Assembly: GCA_002633005.1 (NCBI GenBank)
Contig: NMRA01000366.1
Coordinates: 264,562-297,752, forward strand
Source of the DNA: Phoronis australis
Taxonomy: Eukaryota > Animalia > Phoronida
Reading direction: 5' to 3'
Length of the DNA: 33,191 nt
The translations under genes were made by a program, and so were the position numbers. Positions within the stretch are counted from its first letter, which is position 1. Every line of letters begins with the position of its first letter. Positions 31,798 through 33,191 of the stretch are shown in pieces. The notes beneath the pieces were generated by a model. The model had not been told where the DNA came from and made no database searches. It was given only the letters and a program-made list of their open reading frames with translations.

Positions 31798-32559
31798 ATA
31801 TAGAAGTTTCTGCGAACCACCAGAAAAAATATTGGATGCAAGACTACAACATACTTGAATTGTGGCATGAATAATTTAATGTAGAAATGTCAGCTGACAA
31901 ATACATAATTTTTATTGCGGGCCCGCTTGTTGAAGCAAGAAAATACACAATCAGCTGCACACTGGATTTAACATGATAATTTTCAATATGATGTACAGTA
32001 TAATGACTAGAAATTAAAACAAAATCAGATGACAATGAATAACAGAAACTATAAAAGTGTCTATAGTGGCAATTAGTAATAATACTTGTATTACAATCAA
32101 AATTGTGTCTTGAGAGAACAACTTGAATGTATGCAAGCTTTAATTACAATATACCGAGATGTTTTCTTCTTAACGCACGACAAAATCTATAATTATTGCA
32201 ACAATGATGTTATTTACCTGACTAAACTAACATCAGCAACACTGAGCGTTGAAATGCACCCAACGGGGTGTTTATTAGCATTGAAAATGGCGCAAAATAT
32301 GTCGAATGCCAGTGGAGAAAACCATGAAATCTGACTTTCCCCCGTGGAAAGGCATGCTTAGAACACCATGTCGAGCATATTTAATCATTTTATTTTAAAT
32401 TACCTCATTACTTGTCAACAGAAAAAAATCACTCTTAACAATTATAAACATATTTATTTTTCCCATGTTCATCTAAAATACTTGAAAACTGTCGAATACT
32501 TCATCGATTACTATTTTTGCTTCCCAATATGGTTTCATGATACATCAGTCTACTGAATG

Positions 32560-33191
32560 GGCTATCATTGAACTTGTAGGCCTTTGTTGAAATTTGCAAT
32601 ATTTCGACTATAGCGATATCATCGAATAACATCATTCATTTATCTAAGGCATCAACCATAAATTATACCATTCTATTCTACAATATTACCATGGTGTTGA
32701 AAAGAACAACTACAGAGGTTATATCCAGTTATTACCATTCTAGTGGACGTTCTAAACACATTCTACTCCAGACTAATCTGCATTACAGCAATCGGAGGTG
32801 TTCCATAGGGTTCATATGGGATGATCGCTAGTGTTTTCATCCATGTTTGTTCGACTCAACCTTGAGATGCTGTGTACGCCATTTGTTCCAGTGTTTTCAA
32901 CTCAAACTTGTTGCCTCGTAACCTCTGCAGTGTCTCTGGCTTTCATCAAGTACATTATGTCACTCAATATTCACAAACCTAAAATATGAATGTCATTTCA
33001 CTTTCCACAAAAAAGCATTTGTGATAGCATTATTAGAATCTCAATTACGTTTTAAGTCGAACTTTTGCTCTTCTGCTCATGTATGAACAGACAGTTAAAC
33101 TTGTGTTCAATAGTTTGACTGCAGACTGAGAATGCGTATGACTGAAGGTGATGGCAGTTAAAACACCTACCAGTAGTTAAATATACAATAT
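32560..33191 (-). mobile_element. Possible highly decayed LINE endonuclease region
   Basis: Minus-strand MDENTSDHP near 32820-32845 resembles the APE SDHxP motif. Little else is readable. Confidence 0.35.

Noticed and set aside
32336-32360. Hairpin CTTTCC-CCCGT-GGAAAG as a Helitron 3' end
   Set aside because: No CTRR terminus at the expected spacing and no other Helitron evidence.

Overview
AT-rich animal (probably invertebrate) genomic DNA with one host gene on the minus strand. I reconstruct it as four exons joined by phase-1 GT-AG introns: 31010-30944, 16857-16708, 13922-13770 and 6784-4077 (3078 nt, 1025 aa). The predicted product is a type I membrane protein whose architecture I do not recognise: signal peptide, two thrombospondin type-1 (TSP1) domains, about 25 copies of an 11-aa aromatic/Gly repeat, one transmembrane helix, six ~65-aa cytoplasmic helical repeats and a charged coiled coil. 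The introns and flanks are full of decayed mobile DNA: two copies of an ISL2EU-type transposon (THAP and SAP/YqaJ remnants), a Kolobok-type element (THAP plus a P2X7-C-terminal-like Cys domain), a Gypsy fragment whose RT-RNase H runs straight into the 3' LTR (Gmr1-like order), a solo LTR, a Penelope-like element with a tRNA-like sequence and a minimal hammerhead ribozyme, an RTE-X-like LINE, a LOA/R1-like LINE with RNase H, MITEs and a microsatellite. There is a 588-N assembly gap at 18256-18843. All family assignments come from motif recognition by eye; no searches were run.
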